Source: a candidate division WOR-3 bacterium
GTDB lineage: Bacteria > Hydrothermota > Tepidihabitantia > B3-TA06
NCBI GenBank assembly: GCA_965649265.1
Contig: CBFGKC010000020.1
Span: forward strand, 1 to 29,228
Length of the DNA: 29,228 nt
Reading direction: 5' to 3'
Shown here in pieces: positions 17,885 to 26,202 of the stretch. A program made the position numbers and the translations under genes. Each line of letters starts with the position of its first letter. Position 1 is the first letter of the stretch. The notes under the pieces were generated by a model that saw only the letters and a list, made by a program, of their open reading frames with translations, did not search any database and had not been told where the DNA came from.

Positions 17885-19138
17885 ATGGATCGCCGAGTCG
17901 TAGTGACGGGCGTCGGGCTGTTGACGTCGCTGGGCCACGACGCCCCCACCACATGGGACAAGCTTCTTTCCGGTGAAAACGGCATACGAAAGATTGAAAA
18001 CTTCGATGCCAGCAACCTTGAAGTCCAGATAGCCGGAGAGGTTCGCGATTTCGATCCCACCAAGCGCATAGATTTCAAACAGGCTCGCCGCATGGACCGC
18101 TTCGCCCAGTTCGCGGTGTGGACGTCGAAAGAAGCCGTTCCCGATTCGGGACTCGATTTTTCGAAGGAAAACCCGGAGCGGTGCGGCGTCCTCATCGGCG
18201 CAGGAATGGGCGGGATACTCGTCTGGGAGCGCGAGCATGAAAAGTTCGTGCAGTCCGGCCCGGAGCAAGGCCCCAAAAGGGTCTCCCCCCTTCTCATCCC
18301 GATGATGATACCGGACATGGGCTCAGGACTCGTTTCTATAGAATACGGCATTCGCGGACCCAACTTCTGCACGGTTTCGGCTTGCTCTTCCGGCGCCCAC
18401 GCGGTAGGCGAGGCCTTCGAGCTCATAAAGCTCGGGAAAGCGGACGTCATGATTTCGGGTGGTTCTGAGGCGGCAATCTCTCCCTTCTCGATTTCGGGAT
18501 TCGCCAACATGATGGCGCTTTCAAAGAACAATTCGGACCCCGAACACGCATCAAGACCGTTTGACGCCAAAAGGGACGGTTTCGTCATAGGCGAAGGCTC
18601 AGGCATTCTGATTCTGGAGGAAGCGGAGCACGCCCGCAAGCGCGGAGCAAGGATATATGCAGAAATCGCGGGCTACGGTCTTTCGGGCGATGCCTTCCAC
18701 ATGACCGCTCCCGATCCCGAAGGCAAGGGACCCATCGTATCCATGCGCATGGCCGCTGAGGAAGCAGGCGTAAAGATGGAAGAAATCGATTACGTCAACG
18801 CTCACGGGACGTCCACCGATCTCAACGACCTGATGGAAACAAAGGCCATCAGGGGGGCTTTCGGCGAGCATGCCGATAAGCTTTGGGTCTCCTCTTCCAA
18901 GTCGATGATAGGTCATCTTCTTGGTGGAGCAGGCGGCGTGGAGGCGGTGGTTTCCGTTCTTTCGATAAGGGACGGCAAGGTTCATGCAACAAGGAATCTC
19001 GAAAAACCAGGCGAAGGCTGCGACCTTGACTACGTGCCCGGCGCGACGAGAGAGAAGAAACTGAACGTGGTCATATCCAACTCGTTCGGTTTCGGCGGAC
19101 ACAACGTCACCCTGCTCTTTAAGAGATTCGACGCTTAA
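17885..19138 (+). CDS. fabF: Beta-ketoacyl-ACP synthase II
   Basis: RRVVVTG.G, SACSSG, NAHGTST, KSMIGH.LG, SNSFGFGG.N. Confidence 0.97.
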   Translation: MDRRVVVTGVGLLTSLGHDAPTTWDKLLSGENGIRKIENFDASNLEVQIAGEVRDFDPTKRIDFKQARRMDRFAQFAVWTSKEAVPDSGLDFSKENPERCGVLIGAGMGGILVWEREHEKFVQSGPEQGPKRVSPLLIPMMIPDMGSGLVSIEYGIRGPNFCTVSACSSGAHAVGEAFELIKLGKADVMISGGSEAAISPFSISGFANMMALSKNNSDPEHASRPFDAKRDGFVIGEGSGILILEEAEHARKRGARIYAEIAGYGLSGDAFHMTAPDPEGKGPIVSMRMAAEEAGVKMEEIDYVNAHGTSTDLNDLMETKAIRGAFGEHADKLWVSSSKSMIGHLLGGAGGVEAVVSVLSIRDGKVHATRNLEKPGEGCDLDYVPGATREKKLNVVISNSFGFGGHNVTLLFKRFDA

Positions 19139-19163
19139 ACCTCTAAACCCGGTTTTCAATATT

Positions 19164-19958
19164 ATGAGATTTATTGTGCTCGTAAAGCAGGTTCCGGATA
19201 CGACCGAGGTCAGGGTCAACCCGGAAACCAACACGTTAATACGCGAGGGCGTACCGTCAGTGGTGAACCCTCTCGACCTTTACGGTGTCGAGGAAGCACT
19301 CTTGCTGAAGGAGAAGACGGAAGCGGAGGTCGTTGCCCTGTCCATGGGGCCTCCCCAGGCCGAGGAAGCGCTCAGGGAGGTCATCTCCATGGGCGTTGAC
19401 AAAGCCATTCTCGTATCGGACCGCAAGTTCGCGGGCGCCGACACCTGGGCAACCTCGCTGACCCTGGCGAAGGCAATTGCAAAGATCGGCGATTTCGACA
19501 TCATCTTCACCGGTAAGCAGGCCGCAGACGGCGACACTGCTCAGGTCGGACCGGGGGTTGCCGAGTTTCTGGATATTCCCCAGGCGACCTTCGTGAGAAA
19601 AGTGGACGGATTGGACGTGGAGAAGCGGACCATAAAGGTCGAATCCATGTGGGAAGAAGGCTCGGAATGCCTTGAATTGCCTCTCCCCTGTCTTATCACG
19701 ACCGTCAAGGAACTCAACGAGCCGCGTCTGCCGAGCCTGAGAGGCAAGATGGCCGCGAAAAAGGCGGAGATTCCAACATGGAAATTCGAGGATCTGGGTG
19801 TGAAGGAAGAAGAGGTCGGCCTTGCGGGTTCACCGACCCAGGTCGTCAAGGTCTTCCCCCCTCCCCCCCGCGGCAAGGGCGAGCTTTACACCGATAAGGA
19901 TGCCTCGGAGATTGCAGCGATAGTGACAGCCAAGCTTCACGAGAAGGGGTTCATCTGA
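19164..19958 (+). CDS. etfB: Electron transfer flavoprotein beta subunit
   Basis: VKQVPDT, SMGP, GADT.ATS, GKQA.DGDTAQVGP. Confidence 0.95.
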   Translation: MRFIVLVKQVPDTTEVRVNPETNTLIREGVPSVVNPLDLYGVEEALLLKEKTEAEVVALSMGPPQAEEALREVISMGVDKAILVSDRKFAGADTWATSLTLAKAIAKIGDFDIIFTGKQAADGDTAQVGPGVAEFLDIPQATFVRKVDGLDVEKRTIKVESMWEEGSECLELPLPCLITTVKELNEPRLPSLRGKMAAKKAEIPTWKFEDLGVKEEEVGLAGSPTQVVKVFPPPPRGKGELYTDKDASEIAAIVTAKLHEKGFI

Positions 19959-21148
19959 TGGCACTCAGGATCGATTACGACAAGTGCACACTTTGCGAGG
20001 CCTGCATACCGGCGTGCCCGTTTGCGGCACTCGAAATAAGGGACGGCAAGCTTTACATCAACGAAAACTGCACCCTTTGCGGCGCCTGCATGCCCGTTTG
20101 CCCGGTATCGGCTCTTTCGATGGAAGAAGTAAAACGCGGCGAGACGGTCAATGCCGACGAATGGCGCGGGATATGGGTGTTCGCCGAACAGCGCAAGGGC
20201 GTCATACAACCCTCGACATTGGAGCTTCTGGGTGCCGCAAGAAGACTCGCCGTGGACATTGATACGCGAGTTACCGCCGTTCTCCCGGGAGCCGCCGTTG
20301 AGAATGTGGAAAGCCTTCTCGGTGCCGGTGCGGACGAGGTTTTATACGTAAAGGACGCTGCGCTTGCAGACTTCGGGATAGAGACGTACACGAAAGCGAT
20401 CTCGAATCTTATTGCGGAGCGCAAGCCGGAGATAGTTCTTGGCGCGGCCACGTTCATCGGGCGTTCGCTTCTGCCGAGAATCGCCGTGCGCGTGCACGCC
20501 GGCCTGACGGCAGACTGTACAGGGCTGGATGTGGACAAGGAGAAAAGACTCCTCCTGCAGACCCGCCCGGCGTTCGGCGGAAACATCATGGCGACGATCA
20601 TATGCCCCAATCACAGGCCGCAGATGGCCACGGTTCGACCCAAGGTCATGAAACCCCTTGAGAACGCGTACGAATCGACGGGCAAGGTGGTCGAACTCGG
20701 AGCAAAAGGGCTATCCAACCGCGTGAAGTTTCTGGATTTCGTGACCGACCAGAGTTCCCACGTAAACATTGCCGCGGCCGACATCATAGTCTCGGCAGGC
20801 AGGGGAATCGCCGATCCCAAGAATCTTGCCATGGTCGAGGAACTAGCCGATCTTTTAGGCGGCGCCGTGGGCGCCACCCGCTCGGCTGTAGACGCGGGAT
20901 GGATTAACTACTCGCACCAGGTCGGTCAGACCGGCCGGACGGTGGCACCCAAGCTCTACATCGCCCTCGGAGTATCGGGAGCCATCCAGCACCTCGTGGG
21001 CATGCAGTCATCGGAGTTCATCGTGGCCGTGAACAAGGACCCCAACGCTCCCATATTCAAGGTGGCGGACGTGGGTATCGTCGGCGACGTATTCGAGATA
21101 GTCCCTAAGCTCATCTCCGAGATCAAGAACCGCGCGTCCAAGGGATAA
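19958..21148 (+). CDS. etfA: Electron transfer flavoprotein alpha subunit with N-terminal 2x[4Fe-4S] ferredoxin domain
   Basis: Two CxxCxxCxxxCP motifs; GLTADCT, TRPAFGGN, QMATVRP, QVGQTG..V.P.LYIA.G.SGAIQH. Confidence 0.95.
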   Translation: MALRIDYDKCTLCEACIPACPFAALEIRDGKLYINENCTLCGACMPVCPVSALSMEEVKRGETVNADEWRGIWVFAEQRKGVIQPSTLELLGAARRLAVDIDTRVTAVLPGAAVENVESLLGAGADEVLYVKDAALADFGIETYTKAISNLIAERKPEIVLGAATFIGRSLLPRIAVRVHAGLTADCTGLDVDKEKRLLLQTRPAFGGNIMATIICPNHRPQMATVRPKVMKPLENAYESTGKVVELGAKGLSNRVKFLDFVTDQSSHVNIAAADIIVSAGRGIADPKNLAMVEELADLLGGAVGATRSAVDAGWINYSHQVGQTGRTVAPKLYIALGVSGAIQHLVGMQSSEFIVAVNKDPNAPIFKVADVGIVGDVFEIVPKLISEIKNRASKG

Positions 21149-21181
21149 CCCGTAACACCGTAACACCGTAACCCGTAACCC
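21146..21181 (+). repeat. CCGTAAC(A) short tandem repeat
   Basis: TAACCCGTAACACCGTAACACCGTAACCCGTAACCC, starting at the etfA stop codon. Confidence 0.85.
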
Positions 21182-21260
21182 GGGGAGCATCTTCCCCGCG
21201 AGGGATGGAGTGGAAAGAAGGTGCGTGGTTTCTTCATTTCAAAGAGAGGCGGCTAATCGA

Positions 21261-21997
21261 ATGACTGATGAAAAGAAGATGCTGGTTGGAGTGACCGGAA
21301 GGGCAGGCTCAGGGAAAACTACGTTTGCCCGCCTTCTGGCTAATGAAGCCCAGACTTACTTTGCCGATAGAACAAAGCACAATCGAAGTGAAAAGCCGGG
21401 GTCCCCAAACGGATACGAAGTAGACGCTTGGGGTGAAAAAACGGGTTCCCCGAAAGGATGCGAAGCAGACGCCCGGGGTCAGGTAATCGAGGCCGATCCC
21501 CTGGCCTGGGAACTTTATTCGAAACCCGATGTAAAAGATAATCTTGTTCGAGCATTCGGCAAGGGGATATTTGACCCGAAAGGCGAGCTTTGCCGCTCAA
21601 CACTCGCGGGAATCGTCTTTTCCGACAGGGAAAAACTTGAAACCCTCAATTCAATCATCCACCCCCCCTCCTTGCAGAAATAGCCGCAAGGATCGAGCGG
21701 TCACGGTCGAAGGTAGTGATTCTCGACGCCGCCCTCCTTCTCGACTGGCCTATTGCGAACGACTGCTCAATCAAGATAGCGGTTCTTGCCTCAAGCTCAG
21801 TCTCGCTCGAACGATTGCAAAGTAAGGGCTACCCGATCGACAGGGCTCGCGCAATACTGGCAAATCAGCGTCCTGATGCCGGCTTCAGAAGACTTTGCGA
21901 CGTAATCGTGATCAACAACGGTTCCATGGAAGCACTTGCCGGAAAGGCGAAATCCACCTGGTGCAAAAGAATAGCACCTCTGCTCGACAAGCTTTAA
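21261..21997 (+). pseudogene. coaE: Dephospho-CoA kinase, frameshifted at a C7 tract (or sequence error), with an in-frame repeat insertion
   Basis: VGVTG..GSGKTT, L.R..LA.IVFSD.EKL..LN.I.HP, then a frame change to VILDAALL, A..ILA.Q, D.IV.N.GS. One extra C at 21662-21668 joins the two halves. Confidence 0.85.
21375..21480 (+). repeat. Two tandem family 1 elements with AAGCACAATC leader inside coaE
   Basis: GGGGTCCCCAAACGGATACGAAGTAGACGCTTGGGGTG (21398-21435) and GGGTTCCCCGAAAGGATGCGAAGCAGACGCCCGGGGTC (21443-21480). Confidence 0.85.
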
Positions 21998-22013
21998 CTG
22001 CGGCCGGGACATC

Positions 22014-22041
22014 TTGACAAGTAATTATCCTTGAATAGACT
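22014..22041 (+). promoter_or_regulatory. sigma70-like promoter
   Basis: TTGACA-16 bp-TAGACT. Confidence 0.7.
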
Positions 22042-22072
22042 CCGGTAGAAAACTCAAACCCAAGGAGGATGC

Positions 22073-22459
22073 ATGAAAAAACTACTTCTTCTTATCCCTA
22101 TCGTGTCATTGCTAGTGCTCGGCGGATGCGCCTGGGAGGCGGTATCCCAGGTTCCACCGTCAAGCGATGTTTTCATGACAACAGGCGATCTTAAAGACGG
22201 CAACTACAAGCCCATAAGCATGGTTCGCGCCATGAAGATAAACCTTGCTTTCAGCTGCATCGGTGTACTGCCTCCCCTCTACCCGATGTTCGGCCCCCAG
22301 ATCCAGAACGTTCTTTACGAACAGCTGGCCAAGGAAGCCAAGAAAGCGGGCGCCAACGCCGTGATCAACATCAGAACCTCCATCATGCCGATGGGACTGA
22401 TTCCCGGTATCATATGGATTCCGGTGGTCGAGATGAGCGGCATGGCCGTCAAGATGTAG
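22073..22459 (+). CDS. Small lipoprotein, YbjQ-like domain
   Basis: Lipobox LGGC; TTGDL...YKPI, L.KEAKK.GANAVINIR, SG.AVK; AAGGAGG RBS. Confidence 0.75.
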   Translation: MKKLLLLIPIVSLLVLGGCAWEAVSQVPPSSDVFMTTGDLKDGNYKPISMVRAMKINLAFSCIGVLPPLYPMFGPQIQNVLYEQLAKEAKKAGANAVINIRTSIMPMGLIPGIIWIPVVEMSGMAVKM

Positions 22460-22480
22460 TTTGCTTTCTAAAAATTCCAG

Positions 22481-22506
22481 GAGGGTGCGCAAGCACCCTC
22501 TTTTTT
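22481..22506 (+). terminator. Rho-independent terminator
   Basis: GAGGGTGC-GCAA-GCACCCTC-TTTTTT. Confidence 0.9.
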
Positions 22507-22584
22507 ATTTGAATTCACCGTAAAATCGAATTACAAACCGCGCTTTTTATGGATTTGCGTAACAAAATACAAGCCCCAATTCAG

Positions 22585-22612
22585 TTGACAACGGCACTAT
22601 TCTGATTAATAT
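22585..22612 (+). promoter_or_regulatory. sigma70-like promoter, probably giving a leaderless gcvPB mRNA
   Basis: TTGACA-16 bp-TAATAT, with 6 nt between it and the ATG. Confidence 0.65.
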
Positions 22613-22618
22613 CCTCGG

Positions 22619-24076
22619 ATGAAATTGCTTTTTGATTTGAGTGAAAAAGGTCGGAAAGGATATTACTTCGCCGAACCGGACGTTCCACAGCGAAAGATTT
22701 CAGATTACATCCCCGAGAGATACTTGAGAAAAAAAGAAGCCCTTCTGCCTGAGGTTTCGGAACCTGAACTGGCGCGTCACTTTACGAATCTGTCTTCCTT
22801 GAACCACCATCTCGACAAGGGTTTCTATCCCCTCGGCTCTTGCACAATGAAGTACAACCCCAAAATAAACGAGGCCGTTTCCAGATTGCCCGGATTTACA
22901 GCTATTCACCCGCTGGCCCCGGTAGAACTCACGCAGGGATCACTGGAACTGATTTACGAACTCGAGCGACTGCTCGCGGAGATATCAGGATTTCAGGCAG
23001 TCACCCTTCAGCCTGCGGCAGGCGCGCATGGCGAGCTTTGCGCGAATTTGATTACACGAGCATATTTCAAAAACAAGGGTGAGCATCGTACAAAGGTTCT
23101 TATTCCAGATTCCGCACACGGCACGAACCCTGCAAGTGTCACGCTTTCTGGATTCGAGTCCGTAACGGTGTCATCGACCTCAGATGGTCTTATCGATATT
23201 CAGGACCTTGAATCGAAACTGGGGCCTGACGTTGCGCTGATAATGGTGACGAATCCCAACACGCTCGGGCTCTTCGAAAGAGATATCTGCCAGGTAATCG
23301 AAAAGGTCCATGCGGCAGGCGCGCTCGCTTACATGGACGGCGCCAATCTGAATGCCCTCGCGGGCATCGTGAGACCGGCCGAGATGGGCTTCGACATCAT
23401 GCATTTCAATCTCCACAAGACGTTTTCGACCCCTCATGGAGGGGGAGGACCCGGTTCCGGCCCGGTGGGAGTGACAAAAGAGCTCGAACCGTTTCTGCCC
23501 GTACCTGTTGTGGAAAAGAAACAGGAAGGATACCGTCTCGTTTACGCGAGACCGCTTTCGATCGGCAAGATGCTGGGATTCTATGGCAATTTCCTCGTCC
23601 TTGTGCGGGCTTTTACTTACATAAGAATGCTCGGCCCCCAGGGAATTCAGGATATCTCCAAAAACGCCATCTTGAATGCCAATTATCTGAGAAAGTTATT
23701 TGAAAAAATTCTTGAAATACCGTTCAACCGTAACTGCATGCACGAATTTGTGGCTTCCGGAAAACCTCTGCGCCAGCACAATCTGAAAACCACGGACCTG
23801 GCAAAACGTCTTCTGGATTACGGCTTCCATGCTCCCACTATATACTTCCCATTGATAGTCTCGGAGGCATTCATGGTGGAACCCACCGAAACAGAGTCGA
23901 TTGAGACGCTGGATGCCTTTGCCGAGGCCTCTAAACGAATCATGGAAGAAGCTCGTATTAACCCCGAAATGCTCCGCAAGGCGCCGCATACAACGCCGGT
24001 AAAACGCCTGGATGAAGTGCGGGCGGCAAAGGATCTTGATGTTTGCTTCAGACCTGACAGAGGAACGCAAAACTGA
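22619..24076 (+). CDS. gcvPB: Glycine dehydrogenase (decarboxylating) subunit 2
   Basis: YPLGSCTMKYNP, QPAAGAHGE, SAHGTNPAS, NLHKTFSTPHGGGGPG (PLP lysine), EPTETE. Confidence 0.97.
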   Translation: MKLLFDLSEKGRKGYYFAEPDVPQRKISDYIPERYLRKKEALLPEVSEPELARHFTNLSSLNHHLDKGFYPLGSCTMKYNPKINEAVSRLPGFTAIHPLAPVELTQGSLELIYELERLLAEISGFQAVTLQPAAGAHGELCANLITRAYFKNKGEHRTKVLIPDSAHGTNPASVTLSGFESVTVSSTSDGLIDIQDLESKLGPDVALIMVTNPNTLGLFERDICQVIEKVHAAGALAYMDGANLNALAGIVRPAEMGFDIMHFNLHKTFSTPHGGGGPGSGPVGVTKELEPFLPVPVVEKKQEGYRLVYARPLSIGKMLGFYGNFLVLVRAFTYIRMLGPQGIQDISKNAILNANYLRKLFEKILEIPFNRNCMHEFVASGKPLRQHNLKTTDLAKRLLDYGFHAPTIYFPLIVSEAFMVEPTETESIETLDAFAEASKRIMEEARINPEMLRKAPHTTPVKRLDEVRAAKDLDVCFRPDRGTQN

Positions 24077-24374
24077 ACTCTGCACGAAGATTGCGGAGCG
24101 CATCGTTAATTTCCGCCTTTCTCCGGTAGCTATCATCCTTTTGGAGTCCATAAAACCCTTGAGCTTTCTTGGAAGTCAACTGATGGTTTTTATCGCTCCA
24201 ATGGTCGGAGCCTTTACTACAAGTCCGTTTTACGACGAAATGACCGCCTTTTTAGAAGACCGCCCGAATCTCGAAAGGTTGATCCAGAGAATAGAGGAGC
24301 TGGAATCGGAGAGGAATCTCAAGGAGAAGGAGTTAAAGCAAGCAAGGAGCGAAAAGCGTGGCAAAAGAAAGTAA
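24039..24374 (+). CDS. Small hypothetical protein with hydrophobic core, coupled to the glmL-like gene
   Basis: KIA..IV...L..VAI..LES.KPLSFLGSQ; overlaps both neighbours; exact start uncertain. Confidence 0.75.
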   Translation: MFASDLTEERKTELCTKIAERIVNFRLSPVAIILLESIKPLSFLGSQLMVFIAPMVGAFTTSPFYDEMTAFLEDRPNLERLIQRIEELESERNLKEKELKQARSEKRGKRK

Positions 24375-26202
24375 ATCGTTTGGAAAGGTCGAGACAATCC
24401 TGGCAACGGATTGCGGTTCTACCACAACAAAAGCAATACTCATAGAAAAACAGGGTGACGAGTATCGGCTCGTTGTACGCGGCGAGGCCCCTACCACGGT
24501 AGAAGCACCCTTCGAAGACGTGACGAAGGGCGTTCTGAACTCGATAAGGGAAGTGGAAGAACTCACAGGAAAAAAGATTCTTGACGGCGAGAAGATAATC
24601 AAGCCGGCGAAATCCAAAAAGGAAGGCGTCGACGTTTACATCTCGACATCGTCCGCCGGAGGCGGTCTTCAAATGATGGTCGCGGGGGTCGTTCTGTCGA
24701 TGACGGGCGAAAGTGCCGCTCGTGCGGCTCTGGGTGCCGGGGCTATAGTGATGGATGTTATCGCCTCAAACGACGGACGTCTCCCCTACAAAAAGATCGA
24801 ACGCATACGCCACCTGCGTCCGGACATGATTCTCCTGTCGGGCGGCGTTGACGGAGGCACGATTTCGCACGTGGCCGAGCTGGCCGAACTCATCCGCGCC
24901 GCAGATCCTCGCCCCCGATTCGGAACCACTTACAGGCTTCCGGTCATTTACGCCGGCAACAAGGATGCAAGACAGGTGATTCTTGACACCCTTAAGGACT
25001 CCACCGAACTAGTAGTCGTCGAGAACCTGAGACCTGTTCTTGAACGTGAAAACCTGCGTCCCGCGCGCGACAAGATACATGATCTTTTCATGGAACACGT
25101 AATGGCTCATGCTCCTGGTTACAAGAAACTCATGGAATGGACCGACGTGCCCATAATGCCCACCCCCGGTGCCGTAGGGCTCCTTATCGAGCGTATGGGA
25201 AAACGCGAAGGCATAGACGTTCTGGGCGTCGATATCGGCGGAGCCACGACTGACGTGTTCAGCGTCTTCGGCGAAAAACAGGCGGACACGGACAAAATAG
25301 AGAGGATATTCAACAGAACCGTCAGCGCCAACCTCGGAATGAGCTACAGTATCTCCAACGTGCTGGTCGAAGCCGGAAACGATAACATCCTGCGCTGGAT
25401 TCCCTTCGAAGTGGATATTACGGACCTGCGCAACAGGATACGCAACAAGATGATCAGACCCACTACCATTCCTGCGTCCCTTGCCGATCTCAAGATGGAA
25501 CACGCAGTCGCCCGCGAGGCGCTGCGGCTTGCCCTTGTCCAGCATCGATCGATGGCCGTGGGTCTCAAGGGGGTACAGCAGGAGCGCTCAATTGCCGACG
25601 CTTTCTCCCAGACCTCATCCGGTGCCACCCTCGTCAACATGATGTCTCTCGCCCTCGTTGTCGGCTCGGGAGGAGCGTTATCTCACTCTCCCAGGCGCGC
25701 GCAAGCGGCAATGCTGATGCTCGACGCTTTCTTGCCTGAAGGTGTCACGCAGCTCGCCGTTGATTCGATATTCATGATGCCTCATCTGGGCGTTCTCACC
25801 GAAGTCAACGAAGCTGCGGCGGAGGAAGTCTTCCGCAAGGACTGCCTCATCCGCCTCGGCACGGCGATAGCGCCCGTCGGACAGGGCAAAGACGGCGCTA
25901 AATGCCTGAGAATAGTTCTCAAGCCGCAGCAGGGATCTCAGCAGGAGATCACGGTAAACTACGGCGATATGCTTAAGCTTCCACTGGGCGTCGGGGAAAA
26001 GACACTCGTGGAGCTTTATCCCGAACGCGGCTTCGACGTGGGCGCAGGTTCCGGAAAGAGCATGGAAACCGAGATAGAGGGCGGACAGGTAGGTTTGATA
26101 CTGGACTGCCGCGGAAGACCGTTTAACCTGCCCCTGGACAACCGTAAACGCATTGAAGCGCTCAACCGCTGGGCAAAGGCCCTGGAGATGTATCCGGAAT
26201 GA
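24358..26202 (+). CDS. glmL: Glutamate mutase L-like protein (ASKHA/actin-fold ATPase)
   Basis: DCGSTTTK, TSSAGGGL, LLSGG.DGG, IYAGN, HAPGY, PTPGAV, VDIGGATTDVFS, RTV.ANLGM, GSGG.L. Confidence 0.88.
   Translation: MAKESKSFGKVETILATDCGSTTTKAILIEKQGDEYRLVVRGEAPTTVEAPFEDVTKGVLNSIREVEELTGKKILDGEKIIKPAKSKKEGVDVYISTSSAGGGLQMMVAGVVLSMTGESAARAALGAGAIVMDVIASNDGRLPYKKIERIRHLRPDMILLSGGVDGGTISHVAELAELIRAADPRPRFGTTYRLPVIYAGNKDARQVILDTLKDSTELVVVENLRPVLERENLRPARDKIHDLFMEHVMAHAPGYKKLMEWTDVPIMPTPGAVGLLIERMGKREGIDVLGVDIGGATTDVFSVFGEKQADTDKIERIFNRTVSANLGMSYSISNVLVEAGNDNILRWIPFEVDITDLRNRIRNKMIRPTTIPASLADLKMEHAVAREALRLALVQHRSMAVGLKGVQQERSIADAFSQTSSGATLVNMMSLALVVGSGGALSHSPRRAQAAMLMLDAFLPEGVTQLAVDSIFMMPHLGVLTEVNEAAAEEVFRKDCLIRLGTAIAPVGQGKDGAKCLRIVLKPQQGSQQEITVNYGDMLKLPLGVGEKTLVELYPERGFDVGAGSGKSMETEIEGGQVGLILDCRGRPFNLPLDNRKRIEALNRWAKALEMYPE

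Noticed and set aside
17872-19234. Long antisense ORFs over fabF (similar ones over etfA, ntpK, glmL, and an alternate-frame ORF over ntpI)
   Set aside because: Shadow frames of well-conserved GC-rich genes.
24358-26202. DNA mismatch repair MutL
   Set aside because: Motifs are ASKHA/GlmL type, not GHKL; only the name is shared.
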